NCBI GenBank assembly: GCA_963675725.2
Contig: CAXXXZ010000002.1
Location: forward strand, 4,042,611-4,074,610
Length of the DNA stretch: 32,000 nt
DNA from: Desulfobacterales bacterium
GTDB taxonomy: Bacteria > Desulfobacterota > Desulfobacteria > Desulfobacterales > JAFDDL01
Direction: 5' to 3'
Shown here: positions 17,579 through 27,135 of the stretch, piece by piece
Position numbering within the stretch: position 1 is the first letter of the stretch
Layout of the letters: each line of letters starts with the position of its first letter
Position numbers and translations under genes: made by a program
The notes under the pieces: model-generated
Seen by the model: the letters and a program-made list of their open reading frames with translations, nothing else
Told to the model about the DNA's origin: nothing
Database searches by the model: none

Positions 17579-19039
17579 ATGAATTTGTATGATCTGTCCA
17601 TGGAAACAGCCCATCTTCTTCTGAAAAAAAAGGAGATTTCTTCCAAAGAACTTGTTACGGCCGTGCTCGATCGCACCGAGTCTTTAAATGAAACCATCGG
17701 CGCGTATATTACCCTATGCCGCGACACCGCCCTCCAGCAGGCCCAGCTGGCGGACAAGGAGATTGCTGCCGGGAATATCTCACCGGTCACGGGTATTCCA
17801 CTGGCCATCAAAGACAATATTTGCACCCAGGACATAAAAACCACCTGTGGGTCTAAAATCCTTGAAAATTTTATTCCCCAATACAATGCCACCGTCATGG
17901 ACAAATTGGCTAAGGCCGGTGCCGTGATGGTCGGCAAAACCAATATGGATGAATTTGCCATGGGGTCTTCCACCGAGACCTCCGCCCTGGAAACGACCCG
18001 AAACCCCTGGGACCTGGAGAGAATCCCGGGTGGTTCCAGCGGGGGCTCTGCGGCTGCGGTTTCTGCCGATATCTGCCTTGGGGCCCTGGGATCCGATACC
18101 GGCGGATCGATCAGACAACCGGCATCCCATTGTGGCGTCGTGGGCCTGAAACCCACCTATGGCCGCGTATCCCGTTATGGTCTGGTGGCGTTCGCCTCCT
18201 CTCTGGACCAGATCGGGCCGATCACCAAAACGGTAATGGACAGCGCTCTTTTGCTGAACACCATCTCTGGCCATGACCCCAAAGATTCCACATCTGTCCC
18301 CCGGGACGTGCCGGACTATGCCCTGAGTTGCACGCCCGGTATAAAGGGAATGACGGTTGGAATTCCCAAAGAATATTTCGCGACCCAAGGGGTTGATGGC
18401 GAGGTCCTGACAGCCATTAACAATGCAATCGCCACGGTTGAACGCCTTGGCGGTGAATGTGTCGACATTTCCTTGCCCCATACCGACTATGCCGTGGCTG
18501 CTTACTATGTGATTGCACCCGCTGAAGCCAGCTCCAACCTGGCCCGCTATGACGGCGTCAAGTACGGGCTCAGAAAAGAAAATGCGGCCAACCTTATGGA
18601 AATGTATCAGCAGACACGATCCACCGGGTTTGGTGCCGAGGTGAAACGACGCATTCTTTTGGGGACGTTTTCACTTTCCGCAGGATATTATGATGCCTAT
18701 TACGGAAAGGCCTCCCAGGTCCGCACCCTTATTCGGAATGATTTTCTGGACGCCTTTAAAAAATGTGATGTCATTTTATCACCGGTGGCCCCCACACCGG
18801 CCTTTAAACTGGGCGAAAAAATCAACGATCCGCTGACCATGTACTTGTCGGATATTTTTACGCTTTCCGCAAACCTGGCAGGCATTCCCGGGTTGTCTAT
18901 TCCCTGTGGCTTTTCCAAAAGAGGGCTACCTATTGGGCTTCAGCTTCTCGGTAATTTTTTCGAAGAAGAGACGCTGTTAAAGGTCGCCTACAATATTGAG
19001 CAGGAAATCGATCTTGGCAGTGCAAAACCAGCACTTTAA
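17579..19039 (+). CDS. gatA: Asp-tRNA(Asn)/Glu-tRNA(Gln) amidotransferase subunit A
   Basis: Amidase signature [66 protein letters not shown]. Confidence 0.97.
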   Translation: MNLYDLSMETAHLLLKKKEISSKELVTAVLDRTESLNETIGAYITLCRDTALQQAQLADKEIAAGNISPVTGIPLAIKDNICTQDIKTTCGSKILENFIPQYNATVMDKLAKAGAVMVGKTNMDEFAMGSSTETSALETTRNPWDLERIPGGSSGGSAAAVSADICLGALGSDTGGSIRQPASHCGVVGLKPTYGRVSRYGLVAFASSLDQIGPITKTVMDSALLLNTISGHDPKDSTSVPRDVPDYALSCTPGIKGMTVGIPKEYFATQGVDGEVLTAINNAIATVERLGGECVDISLPHTDYAVAAYYVIAPAEASSNLARYDGVKYGLRKENAANLMEMYQQTRSTGFGAEVKRRILLGTFSLSAGYYDAYYGKASQVRTLIRNDFLDAFKKCDVILSPVAPTPAFKLGEKINDPLTMYLSDIFTLSANLAGIPGLSIPCGFSKRGLPIGLQLLGNFFEEETLLKVAYNIEQEIDLGSAKPAL

Positions 19040-19063
19040 TTCTTATCGAAGAGGAGGCAACCC

Positions 19064-19243
19064 ATGGGGATACAACCCGAGGGAGAGGCGGTCCGAAAAG
19101 CGGTAAAATACATCTCAGCGCGTCGGGGGGAATCGCCCCAACCTGATTTAAAGTCATTGATTCAACAGGCGTGCCTGAAGTTTGACCTGGCCCCCAAGGA
19201 CGCTGATTTTTTATGTGCGTTCTACGAAGAACAAGAGAAGTGA
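19064..19243 (+). CDS. 59-aa conserved-looking small protein between gatA and mutL
   Basis: ATG at 19064 after GAGGAGG. Translation MGIQPEGEAVRKAVKYISARRGESPQPDLKSLIQQACLKFDLAPKDADFLCAFYEEQEK, ending TGA at 19241..19243, immediately before mutL. Absent from the supplied track. Confidence 0.75.
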   Translation: MGIQPEGEAVRKAVKYISARRGESPQPDLKSLIQQACLKFDLAPKDADFLCAFYEEQEK

Positions 19244-19246
19244 CGA

Positions 19247-21049
19247 TTGTCGAAGATTAAAATACTGCCGGAAATTCTGGCCAATAAAATTGCTGCCGGA
19301 GAAGTCATTGAACGCCCGGCGTCTGTGGTCAAGGAGCTCATGGAAAATGCGCTTGATGCCCAGAGTACGCGTATTTTAATCTCCCTTGAAAACGCCGGAA
19401 AGTCACTGATACAGATATCGGACAATGGTATTGGGATGAGCCGGGATGAGGCGCTGTTATCGATCGAGCGGTATGCCACCAGCAAAATCGTTACGGATGA
19501 GGACCTTTTTTCTATCCAAACCCTCGGGTTTCGGGGCGAAGCATTGCCGAGTATCGCCGCCGTGTCCCGGCTCGTGTTGGAGTCCAAGGACAAGCACGCC
19601 ACCATCGGCACACAAATCCACATTGACGGCGGCAAAATCAAATCGGTGAATGATATTGGCGCTCCCACCGGCACACAAATCACGGTCAAACAGCTTTTTT
19701 TCAACACCCCCGCCCGGCGGAAATTTTTAAAAACCACCAGTACCGAAATGGGCCACGTGGTTGACACCTTTACCAGCATGGCCATGGCATGGCCAACGGT
19801 GCAGTTTCGCCTCACCCACAATGGCAAAACCGTCAAGGACTGGGTAAGCGCAAAAGACCCCGTGGACCGCATTTCCGATGTGATGGCCCAGCCGATCCAA
19901 GACGAACTGATACCGGTTTCAGCCGCACGCAATGGCATTTCTCTTCAAGGCTGGGTCTCTTCTGCCCGGGTCCATCGCAGTACCTCCAGAAACATCTATC
20001 TTTACATAAACAACCGTTATGTCCGGGACCGCGTTGTTCACCATGCCCTCATGGCAGGATTTTCAGGAAAACTGGTGACCGGCCGGTTTCCGGTAGCGGT
20101 TCTTTTCCTGTCATTGCCCTTTGATCAGGTGGATGTCAATGTCCACCCTTCAAAACATGCAGTCCGGTTTGCCTCGCCCAATGCGGTCCATGATTTTGTA
20201 CAGCAGACCGTTGCAAATACTCTGCAACAAAAGGATCGGCCGGCATGGGCTGCGCCGGTGACGGCGGCGACACCGAACCTTAGGCCGGTTTTCCCGCCGC
20301 AACCCAAACCGGATGTCCGACCGGATCGTCCCCTTGCGCCCTCACGGCTTGTTCAAGATCATCCCGTCCGGCAGGAAGCGCCCGCCTTCACCAACTTTTC
20401 CCAAAAGACGTCGCCGAATTTGGAGGTCTCGGAAGCCCAGGCACCCCTTTGGCAGACCGGTTTTTTTCAATCGCTTAAAATTATCGGACAACTCCGTGAC
20501 ACATACATTTTATGCGAATCCCGTAAAGAGGGCCTTGTGGTCGTGGATCAGCATGCGGCTCATGAACGAATATTATTTGAAAAGTTGAAGCAAGCCCGCC
20601 GGGATGGAAACCTCGAATCCCAGCGACTGCTTCTTCCGGAAACGATTGATCTCGGATTTAAAGAGGCAACCATTCTGAAACAATTGATACCCGAATTGTC
20701 ACGGTATGGCCTTGAAATAGAACCGTTCGGCGGCAGCACCTTTGTGGTGAAAGCCTCACCATCGATGCTTGGCACAAAGGACATCGCCACACTTGTGACG
20801 GACATGGTGGAAAAGATCGCCGACCTATCGGTTGCCAAAGACACGGATCAGTTGCTGGACCACATTTATAAACTGATGGCTTGCCATGGTGCAATTCGGG
20901 CAAACCAACCCCTTTCCGTTGAGCAGCAAAAAGGGCTCTTGCAGCAACTTGATGCCTGCGAAGACCCCGGCCACTGTCCCCATGGCCGCCCTATCTGGAT
21001 TCAATGGCGGCTTTCGCACATCGAAAAAGCCTTCCTCAGGGTTGTTTAA
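19247..21049 (+). CDS. mutL: DNA mismatch repair protein MutL (TTG start)
   Basis: IKILPEILANKIAAGEVIERPASVVKELMENALDA, DNGIGM, GFRGEAL, C-terminal ACHGAIRANQPLS...CPHGRP. Confidence 0.96.
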   Translation: MSKIKILPEILANKIAAGEVIERPASVVKELMENALDAQSTRILISLENAGKSLIQISDNGIGMSRDEALLSIERYATSKIVTDEDLFSIQTLGFRGEALPSIAAVSRLVLESKDKHATIGTQIHIDGGKIKSVNDIGAPTGTQITVKQLFFNTPARRKFLKTTSTEMGHVVDTFTSMAMAWPTVQFRLTHNGKTVKDWVSAKDPVDRISDVMAQPIQDELIPVSAARNGISLQGWVSSARVHRSTSRNIYLYINNRYVRDRVVHHALMAGFSGKLVTGRFPVAVLFLSLPFDQVDVNVHPSKHAVRFASPNAVHDFVQQTVANTLQQKDRPAWAAPVTAATPNLRPVFPPQPKPDVRPDRPLAPSRLVQDHPVRQEAPAFTNFSQKTSPNLEVSEAQAPLWQTGFFQSLKIIGQLRDTYILCESRKEGLVVVDQHAAHERILFEKLKQARRDGNLESQRLLLPETIDLGFKEATILKQLIPELSRYGLEIEPFGGSTFVVKASPSMLGTKDIATLVTDMVEKIADLSVAKDTDQLLDHIYKLMACHGAIRANQPLSVEQQKGLLQQLDACEDPGHCPHGRPIWIQWRLSHIEKAFLRVV

Positions 21050-21183
21050 CACTGAGGTTAACCCTCATCCATGCACCCGTAAAGAAGGAAAACATTTTTG
21101 ACAGTGATTTTTTTTTGAACTATGCTGAAACCGTCACCGACACGTTTCTGCCAACATCCAAACCGTTACCAAAGAGCGTTATT

Positions 21184-21654
21184 ATGAAAATTTGTAATCT
21201 GCTGAAAGTCGAACACATTTTTTTGGATATAGCGCTTTCTGACAAAAATGACGTCCTTTATTTCATCGCCGAGATGGCTGCAAAAACGGGCGTGGTAGAA
21301 AATAAAACGATGCTGTGTGGCGGGTTGAACAAAAGGGAAGACCTCATGAGCACCGGTATTGGGGATGGCATCGCACTGCCCCACGCCACCGCCCCCGATT
21401 TATCCACGGCAGCGGTTTTTCTCATCCGACTTGCCAACCCGATTGATTACGACGCACTTGATTTTCGACCCGTGGACATTGTGCTGCCCCTGATTATTCC
21501 GGAAAACAACACGCCGCTGCATCTGCAGCTGCTTGCAGGAGTGTCTCGTCTCTGCAAGGTCCCTGAATTTTTAACCACAATTCGGCAGGCCCAGGATTCG
21601 TCCGAACTCTGGCATGATATCCACCTGTTAGAGGAACAGATGGCCTTTCATTAA
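21184..21654 (+). CDS. PTS EIIA domain protein, PtsN/nitrogen-PTS type
   Basis: MKICNLLKVEHIFLDI...KTGVVE...LNKREDLMSTGIGDGIALPHATAP contains the EIIA active-site GxxxPH pattern. The longer ORF start at 21004 overlaps mutL. Confidence 0.85.
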   Translation: MKICNLLKVEHIFLDIALSDKNDVLYFIAEMAAKTGVVENKTMLCGGLNKREDLMSTGIGDGIALPHATAPDLSTAAVFLIRLANPIDYDALDFRPVDIVLPLIIPENNTPLHLQLLAGVSRLCKVPEFLTTIRQAQDSSELWHDIHLLEEQMAFH

Positions 21655-21681
21655 CCAAAAGCTGCCTGTAAAGAGAGCGCT

Positions 21682-22080
21682 GTGTATCTTTTAACGACCG
21701 TTATCAATAATGAAACACTGCTGAATGATCTTATCACCGGCTGGCTCGACATTGGGATTACCGGTGCCACCGTTATTGAAACAACCGATTTTATTCAACT
21801 CATCAGTACCAACCTTCCTCTTTTCGCCGGCTTTCGGACCCTCGCCGGTGGGGGGACGCTCCATAACAAAACCATGTTTGCCGCCATAGAGAGCAAAGAC
21901 CTTTTGGACCAGGCCATTGCCTTTCTGGAAACAGTTTGCCAAAAATCCGGGAAGTCTCACCAGGGAATTTATTTTGTGATCCCTATTGTGCAATTCGGTC
22001 ATCTCGGCCAAGCGGTGAACCCTTCCGATCGCAAACGCTACATCGAAAAAAAAATAGGGCGACCCCTTAAAGAAAAATAA
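21682..22080 (+). CDS. PII-like fold protein (tentative)
   Basis: LLNDLITGWLDIGITGATVIET near N-terminus and DLLDQAIAFLETVC...GIYFVIPIVQFGHLG resemble the beta-alpha-beta layout of PII/PII-like proteins. Confidence 0.5.
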   Translation: MYLLTTVINNETLLNDLITGWLDIGITGATVIETTDFIQLISTNLPLFAGFRTLAGGGTLHNKTMFAAIESKDLLDQAIAFLETVCQKSGKSHQGIYFVIPIVQFGHLGQAVNPSDRKRYIEKKIGRPLKEK

Positions 22081-22372
22081 CCTGCGATGTTACTATTGTA
22101 CCCCCTAATCTGGAAGTCGTGAATCTACAGTCGAGAGTCAACAGACACAACCTTCCATAAAGATGCACGCTTTCGGAGTCGGAGTTTATGCCCTGATTTT
22201 AAGGGCTTACCCGCGTGTATGTTTCTGATAACGGGTCTAAATTCAAATAAAACCCTTCTCGATCGCTGAACGGGCGATTTCCCATAGACAAAGTGATATT
22301 GTTTTTTGTCGTTTTCGAGGGTACATTGCCATGCGTGGATGTTCGAAGAATTTATTAGAAAGGAGTTTCAAG

Positions 22373-22861
22373 ATGGAACAATGCCCTTGCGGATCAGGTA
22401 TCGATTACAACGAATGCTGCCGCCCCCTTATTCACGAAAATAAACTGGCTGCTACGGTCGAAGCACTGATGCGGTCCCGTTATACGGCCTATACCGAATC
22501 GAAAATAGACTACATTCAAAACACCACCCACCCGAGCCAGCGGTCCCAATTTGACCTGGAGGCCACCCGGGACTGGGCCGAAAATTCTGAATGGCAGAAA
22601 CTTGAAATTTTGGACGTGGTGGCCGGCACCGCAACCGATAAGACCGGAGAGGTTGAATTTATCGCAACCTATATCCAAAAGGGAACGGTGAACAAACATC
22701 ATGAACGGGCCCTGTTTAAAAAAGTGGATGGCAGTTGGTTCTTTTTAGACGGAAAAAGGGTAAAGGCCCAACCCGTTGTTCGCAGCGCGCCAAAGATTGG
22801 CCGAAATGATCCCTGCCTGTGTGGCAGCGGGAAAAAATATAAAAAATGCTGCGGGGAATAG
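22373..22861 (+). CDS. YchJ family protein with N- and C-terminal SEC-C zinc motifs
   Basis: [20 protein letters not shown]...[22 protein letters not shown]...[20 protein letters not shown]. Confidence 0.9.
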   Translation: MEQCPCGSGIDYNECCRPLIHENKLAATVEALMRSRYTAYTESKIDYIQNTTHPSQRSQFDLEATRDWAENSEWQKLEILDVVAGTATDKTGEVEFIATYIQKGTVNKHHERALFKKVDGSWFFLDGKRVKAQPVVRSAPKIGRNDPCLCGSGKKYKKCCGE

Positions 22862-22998
22862 ACTTCCGGTTTTACAAGATTGATAATTTGCTCCAATTTT
22901 TGAACCACCGGCTCGACGTCGCCGGCCCTGGGTATTAAACGATTGCATGACTTGGGGCCGGTGATTTAGCAGCGGCGATATTTTGTGACCAGGTCCCC

Positions 22999-23211
22999 TT
23001 AAAAGGGAAGGTCACCGTCATCTAAATCATCGTCAAAATCGAGCGACATCATTTCACTTGCCAGGTTTAGGAACACCCCCTGCGATTCACATAAATTTTT
23101 TATAATTCGGCTATATGTCTCCTTTTCATTTACGTCCTTTGTTTTGGCCATGGCCTTCAAGGCGGAATTAATTTCTTTGGCCAAACCATCCATTATTTTA
23201 TCTGGATCCAT
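22999..23211 (-). CDS. Small hypothetical protein, acidic C-terminus
   Basis: MDPDKIMDGLAKEINSALKAMAKTKDVNEKETYSRIIKNLCESQGVFLNLASEMMSLDFDDDLDDGDLPF, with an AGGAGA-like RBS upstream of the start. Confidence 0.6.
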   Translation of the reverse strand: MDPDKIMDGLAKEINSALKAMAKTKDVNEKETYSRIIKNLCESQGVFLNLASEMMSLDFDDDLDDGDLPF

Positions 23212-23304
23212 GAAATCTCCTTTCGATGTTTAAATGGGAACGCCACTTAATCGTTTCGTTAATGGGGTTCTCCTTGTCTGGTTCACCCGCGATGTAAAAA
23301 TGTT

Positions 23305-23904
23305 CTATGCCGTATTCACATCTTTATTGCAACGATTTCTCCTGATGTGAGGAATGAGAAAAGGAACACGTTCTTTATATTCAATAAAGGATTTACCAAA
23401 TCTCAATTTCAATTCCAGTTCTTCAAAGAATTTTAAATAGAAAATGTGTGCCGGTATAACTTCCAGTAGAGACCATAATAGAAAATATGTAGAACCGGCC
23501 ATAAGTCCCAATGCCATACACCCTAAATAAAAACCAAACGACATTGGATTTCTGATTGTCTTGTATACGAGGTCCTCAACCAGTTTTTTCGTTAGAAAAA
23601 TACCAGGTTGCCCCTGGCCCAGTCCAGCAATTCCGAACCAAGAAACAAAAAGAAAAAAAAACGCAATCACTGCCAGCAGGGCGCCTGTTGCCGCAGCCAG
23701 TGGTCTATAGGGCAAGGGTGGAAGGCCCAAGAGTCTGTCATAGGAACCCATGCCGGGATAAAAGAGCCCGGCCACAACAGGAATCAATAGCATTACAAGA
23801 CCAATGGCATGCAGAATTACGGTTGTTGTTTGGCATACTTTTTTCGATGGATATTTTCTGAGAAAGATACCAAGGACAATTGTGCTGAGAAAAAGAACCC
23901 ACAT
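23305..23904 (-). CDS. Isoprenylcysteine carboxyl methyltransferase / PEMT-like membrane protein
   Basis: Multiple TM segments. IRNPMSFGFYLGCMALGL...ELELKLRFGKSFIEYKERVPFLIPHIRR is a typical ICMT-family C-terminal pattern. Confidence 0.7.
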   Translation of the reverse strand: MWVLFLSTIVLGIFLRKYPSKKVCQTTTVILHAIGLVMLLIPVVAGLFYPGMGSYDRLLGLPPLPYRPLAAATGALLAVIAFFFLFVSWFGIAGLGQGQPGIFLTKKLVEDLVYKTIRNPMSFGFYLGCMALGLMAGSTYFLLWSLLEVIPAHIFYLKFFEELELKLRFGKSFIEYKERVPFLIPHIRRNRCNKDVNTA

Positions 23905-24106
23905 CCAATTATTTGTATGTAAATCATTAACATTTTACGCTACCGCATTTCTTTTAAACCTCGAAGTAAACAGGGCGCAAGGCACGATCGGTCCCTTGTG
24001 AAATTGCAGATGATGTGTTGATGACAGCATGCCTGATCTGGAAGATCCTTCCGGAGCAAATCTCATCTTTACCCTATTTTTTGAAACATTAGGGTTTATG
24101 TAAAAT

Positions 24107-24643
24107 TCAGTCCATGTGCTCGAACGCCTTTAACACGGGCTCCTTTCCCATCAGAACCATCCCGAAGTGGTCAACGGTTTCATTTGTCTTGCTGTCCCGG
24201 TCGTGCCATCGTGCCAGAAACTCTCGCTCCCTGAGCCATGTTCTTCTAAACGATGCCGGGTCCTCAAACAGGAGAACCCCCTTTGCAAACCCAATCACGA
24301 TGGCATAGTGACCATCCTCGTAGTCGTTGCGCCAATCTTCAAGCGTCATGTATCGATCCGCCCAGGCTTGTAGGAGTATGATAACGGGAACTCCGGCCGC
24401 CATCATGCGCTTCACCTCCCGCAGCGTCCAGCCCGAACCCGCATTGACCTGGAATCCGTGTTTCTGGGCGACGGTAACCATGCTGGTAACGGATGTGCCG
24501 TCCGCCTGTGTTGTGTTGAGGGCCGCGATCAGTTCATCCTCGCGGACCTCTACCCCGTAGTACGCCATGACCGCCTGCAAGGCTTTGGGACCGCAGTCAA
24601 AGTCAAAGGCCTGTCTGCCACTGTGCAGGTCTATCATCCGCAA
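24107..24643 (-). CDS. C39-like cysteine peptidase domain protein, stand-alone
   Basis: FDFDCGPKALQAVMAYYG (Cys), EDGHYAIVIGF (His) and LLFEDPAS (Asp) match the C39 papain-like layout. No transporter domain. Confidence 0.75.
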   Translation of the reverse strand: MRMIDLHSGRQAFDFDCGPKALQAVMAYYGVEVREDELIAALNTTQADGTSVTSMVTVAQKHGFQVNAGSGWTLREVKRMMAAGVPVIILLQAWADRYMTLEDWRNDYEDGHYAIVIGFAKGVLLFEDPASFRRTWLREREFLARWHDRDSKTNETVDHFGMVLMGKEPVLKAFEHMD

Positions 24644-25443
24644 TCCTCCTCTCCAGCCAGCCTGACGAGGCGTAGCGTTTCCAATAGCGCCTCCGCAAAA
24701 GCGCGGCGCAGTCGATTGATGGCAGCGAAATTGGGTGTCTTATCGGCGTTTGTGTACAGGAGCTGGTTTGTCTCCTGGATAAAAGCGGGCACGCGGGCGC
24801 CGACGGGCATCAGTGCGTTGACCGAATGAGCCGCGCAGACATGCCCGTACACCGAGCAGTATTCCGAAGCGTTCACCGTGACCGTGATGTCAGGTAGGCG
24901 CTTTCGCAATTCGGCAGCGTAGGTTTCAACATATGCGTCGGGAGAGTAATAGAGCGGGCCATCGTCCAGAGGGGAGTGCTGGAGGTTCATCAGATCGATC
25001 TGGTTGCCTGCGACGCCGCGGGCTGTGACCGTGGAATGCCCGTCGAAAAGGAATGTCGCCCCTCCACGAATACGCTTCTCGATAGTTGCGTGAAACGGTA
25101 TCAGGTACTTCACTGCGAGCTGACGGCGTAAATTAAGGGAAGGCGCGTGGCCTCGTCGGTAAACCGGCCGACCCTCGATATCCTGGATGGGCACACTATC
25201 GTCGAGAATATCCGGGCGACGGTTCCCATCGAGAACGATGCTGCAGTAGGGAAAGACCAGGTGTCGGTTGCCCAAAATGTCTCGGAAATCATACAACCAA
25301 TTCGTGTACCAGTCGACGTTCTTCACGATTGTGGTGAAATCCTCCGACAGTGCCTCCATGGATATCTCTGCCGGAACGACAATTCCACTGTGGGGTATCA
25401 CCACGAGAATGTTTGTACCGCTCATAGCTGTCAGCCTTTTCAC
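24634..25443 (-). CDS. N-formylglutamate amidohydrolase-like protein
   Basis: ILVVIPHSGIVVPAEIS, LDGNRRPDILDD, YLIPFHATIEKRI, FLFDGHSTVTARG, VPAFIQETNQLLY follow the FGase family motif order. Confidence 0.75.
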   Translation of the reverse strand: MKRLTAMSGTNILVVIPHSGIVVPAEISMEALSEDFTTIVKNVDWYTNWLYDFRDILGNRHLVFPYCSIVLDGNRRPDILDDSVPIQDIEGRPVYRRGHAPSLNLRRQLAVKYLIPFHATIEKRIRGGATFLFDGHSTVTARGVAGNQIDLMNLQHSPLDDGPLYYSPDAYVETYAAELRKRLPDITVTVNASEYCSVYGHVCAAHSVNALMPVGARVPAFIQETNQLLYTNADKTPNFAAINRLRRAFAEALLETLRLVRLAGEEDCG

Positions 25444-26050
25444 CTCCCTCTATTGCCGAACACCGCCGGTTAACTCAGAATTTATTAAGTTCACGGACTT
25501 TTTGCACCCGATAAATTGGTGTGATTCGGGAGTTTATTAATTCAGCCATTATTCTTATACGGAAAATTACTCGATCCCTCAATTAAATATGTCAGTACCC
25601 TAAAGGCGGTGCCACCGGGCTGATCATTAGCTTCCAGCTGATAACCATCCTGGCTTCGCCGACACCTGCATGAGGCCTATCGGGCAGTGAGATGCTTGGT
25701 GAACGCCCTCTCGCTGTCTGCGCGGGTTGCATTTCGTTTAGAAAATCAGAACGATACCTATTATCAATGCAAACATCAAGGCATGAAGCCAAGGCGGCCA
25801 TCTTCAAAGAAGCGGCGCTGATTTTCTTTATGACGTTTTATGCGCAAGTTTGAGAGGGCTTAAGCCAAATATTCTTGCCCGCTGGACCGATAGCATTAAA
25901 TAATAGCGCAAGATGCCTTTATTTATCCGTATAAAGGTCACGCATAGGCTACATGCTTTTGCCCCAGGCTTGCGAAGAATAAAATATTGGTTTACGCTGG
26001 CATAGTTATTTTTCTAAGGAAGAGAACCGATAATAAAGTGGTCATATAAA

Positions 26051-26818
26051 GTGAAATTTACAACGGGAGATCATGCGCGCTATAAGCGGCAGTTAATGCT
26101 CGAAGAAATTGGGATTGCCGGCCAGGAAAGAATTCGCCGCGCCAACGTATTGGTGATTGGTGCTGGTGGATTGGGCTCGGCTATTTTGCAATACTTAGGT
26201 GCAGCAGGTGTTGGTACCATCGGGATTGCGGATGGTGATGTGGTGGAGTTGTCGAACCTGCAGCGGCAGGTAATTCATTTCACATCTGATTTAAACAGGC
26301 CCAAAGTCGATTCGGCAAAGGAAAAAATCGAGAAACTTAACCCTCACGTTTCGGTAAATGTTCATGACAGTATGATTACGAAAAATAACATCATGGGGCT
26401 TGTCAGTGCATATGATTTCGTGCTGGATGGGACGGATAATTTTCCGTCAAAATTTTTAATCAACGATGCCTGCATTTTATCTGGAATCCCCTTTTCCCAC
26501 GCCGGAATTCTTCACTATATCGGCCAAACCATGACCATCCTGCCCCATAAAACCGCCTGTTACCGATGTGTTTTCGGTGAACCACCCCCATCCGATTCGG
26601 ATTCAGCTCCAGGGGATGCCGGCGTCTTTGGGCCCGTGGCTGGCACCATCGGTACCATTCAGGCGGCGGAGGCTATAAAATTTATCGTTGGCAAAGGGAA
26701 TTTGCTTGCCGATCGTTTGCTTGTGTTTGACAGCTTAAAAATGGAGTTCAGAACCGTCCGGATTTCAAAGAATAAAAGTTGCCCGGTGTGTGGGGCGCAT
26801 CCCTCCATCACCATTTGA
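26051..26818 (+). CDS. ThiF/MoeB/HesA-type E1-like adenylyltransferase
   Basis: RYKRQLMLEEIGIAGQERIRRANVLVIGAGGLGSAILQYLGAAGVGTIGIADGDVVELSNLQRQ, DGTDNFPSKFLINDAC, and CYRCVF...CPVCG zinc cysteines. Confidence 0.9.
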   Translation: MKFTTGDHARYKRQLMLEEIGIAGQERIRRANVLVIGAGGLGSAILQYLGAAGVGTIGIADGDVVELSNLQRQVIHFTSDLNRPKVDSAKEKIEKLNPHVSVNVHDSMITKNNIMGLVSAYDFVLDGTDNFPSKFLINDACILSGIPFSHAGILHYIGQTMTILPHKTACYRCVFGEPPPSDSDSAPGDAGVFGPVAGTIGTIQAAEAIKFIVGKGNLLADRLLVFDSLKMEFRTVRISKNKSCPVCGAHPSITI

Positions 26819-27135
26819 TGGTGAGCGCGTCACTTCATTTCTGTGAAATTCTATTTACTTCTACATTATTCAAGCCCGTGTCAGTCATTTGATGTTAGAA
26901 AAATATTAATTGACTTTAAACAAATAGGTATACTATTGTTATTCTTAGAGTTCTTTAATTATTTAGGTGGAAAGTTGCTATCTGATGTGATGATTGTTAA
27001 CGAACTCCTTCATGTCATTTTTTCTTACACTTACTTTTATGCGGTTACCTGAACCTGTAAGAAGGTGTTGGGCGGAGGGGACTCTCTTTACTTGGGAAGT
27101 CTGTCTACTGAATCACTCAACAAGAAGGAGGACCT

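Noticed and set aside
17780-18481. 233-aa minus-strand ORF opposite gatA
   Set aside because: The sense strand encodes a clear GatA with catalytic motifs. The antisense frame is a composition artefact.
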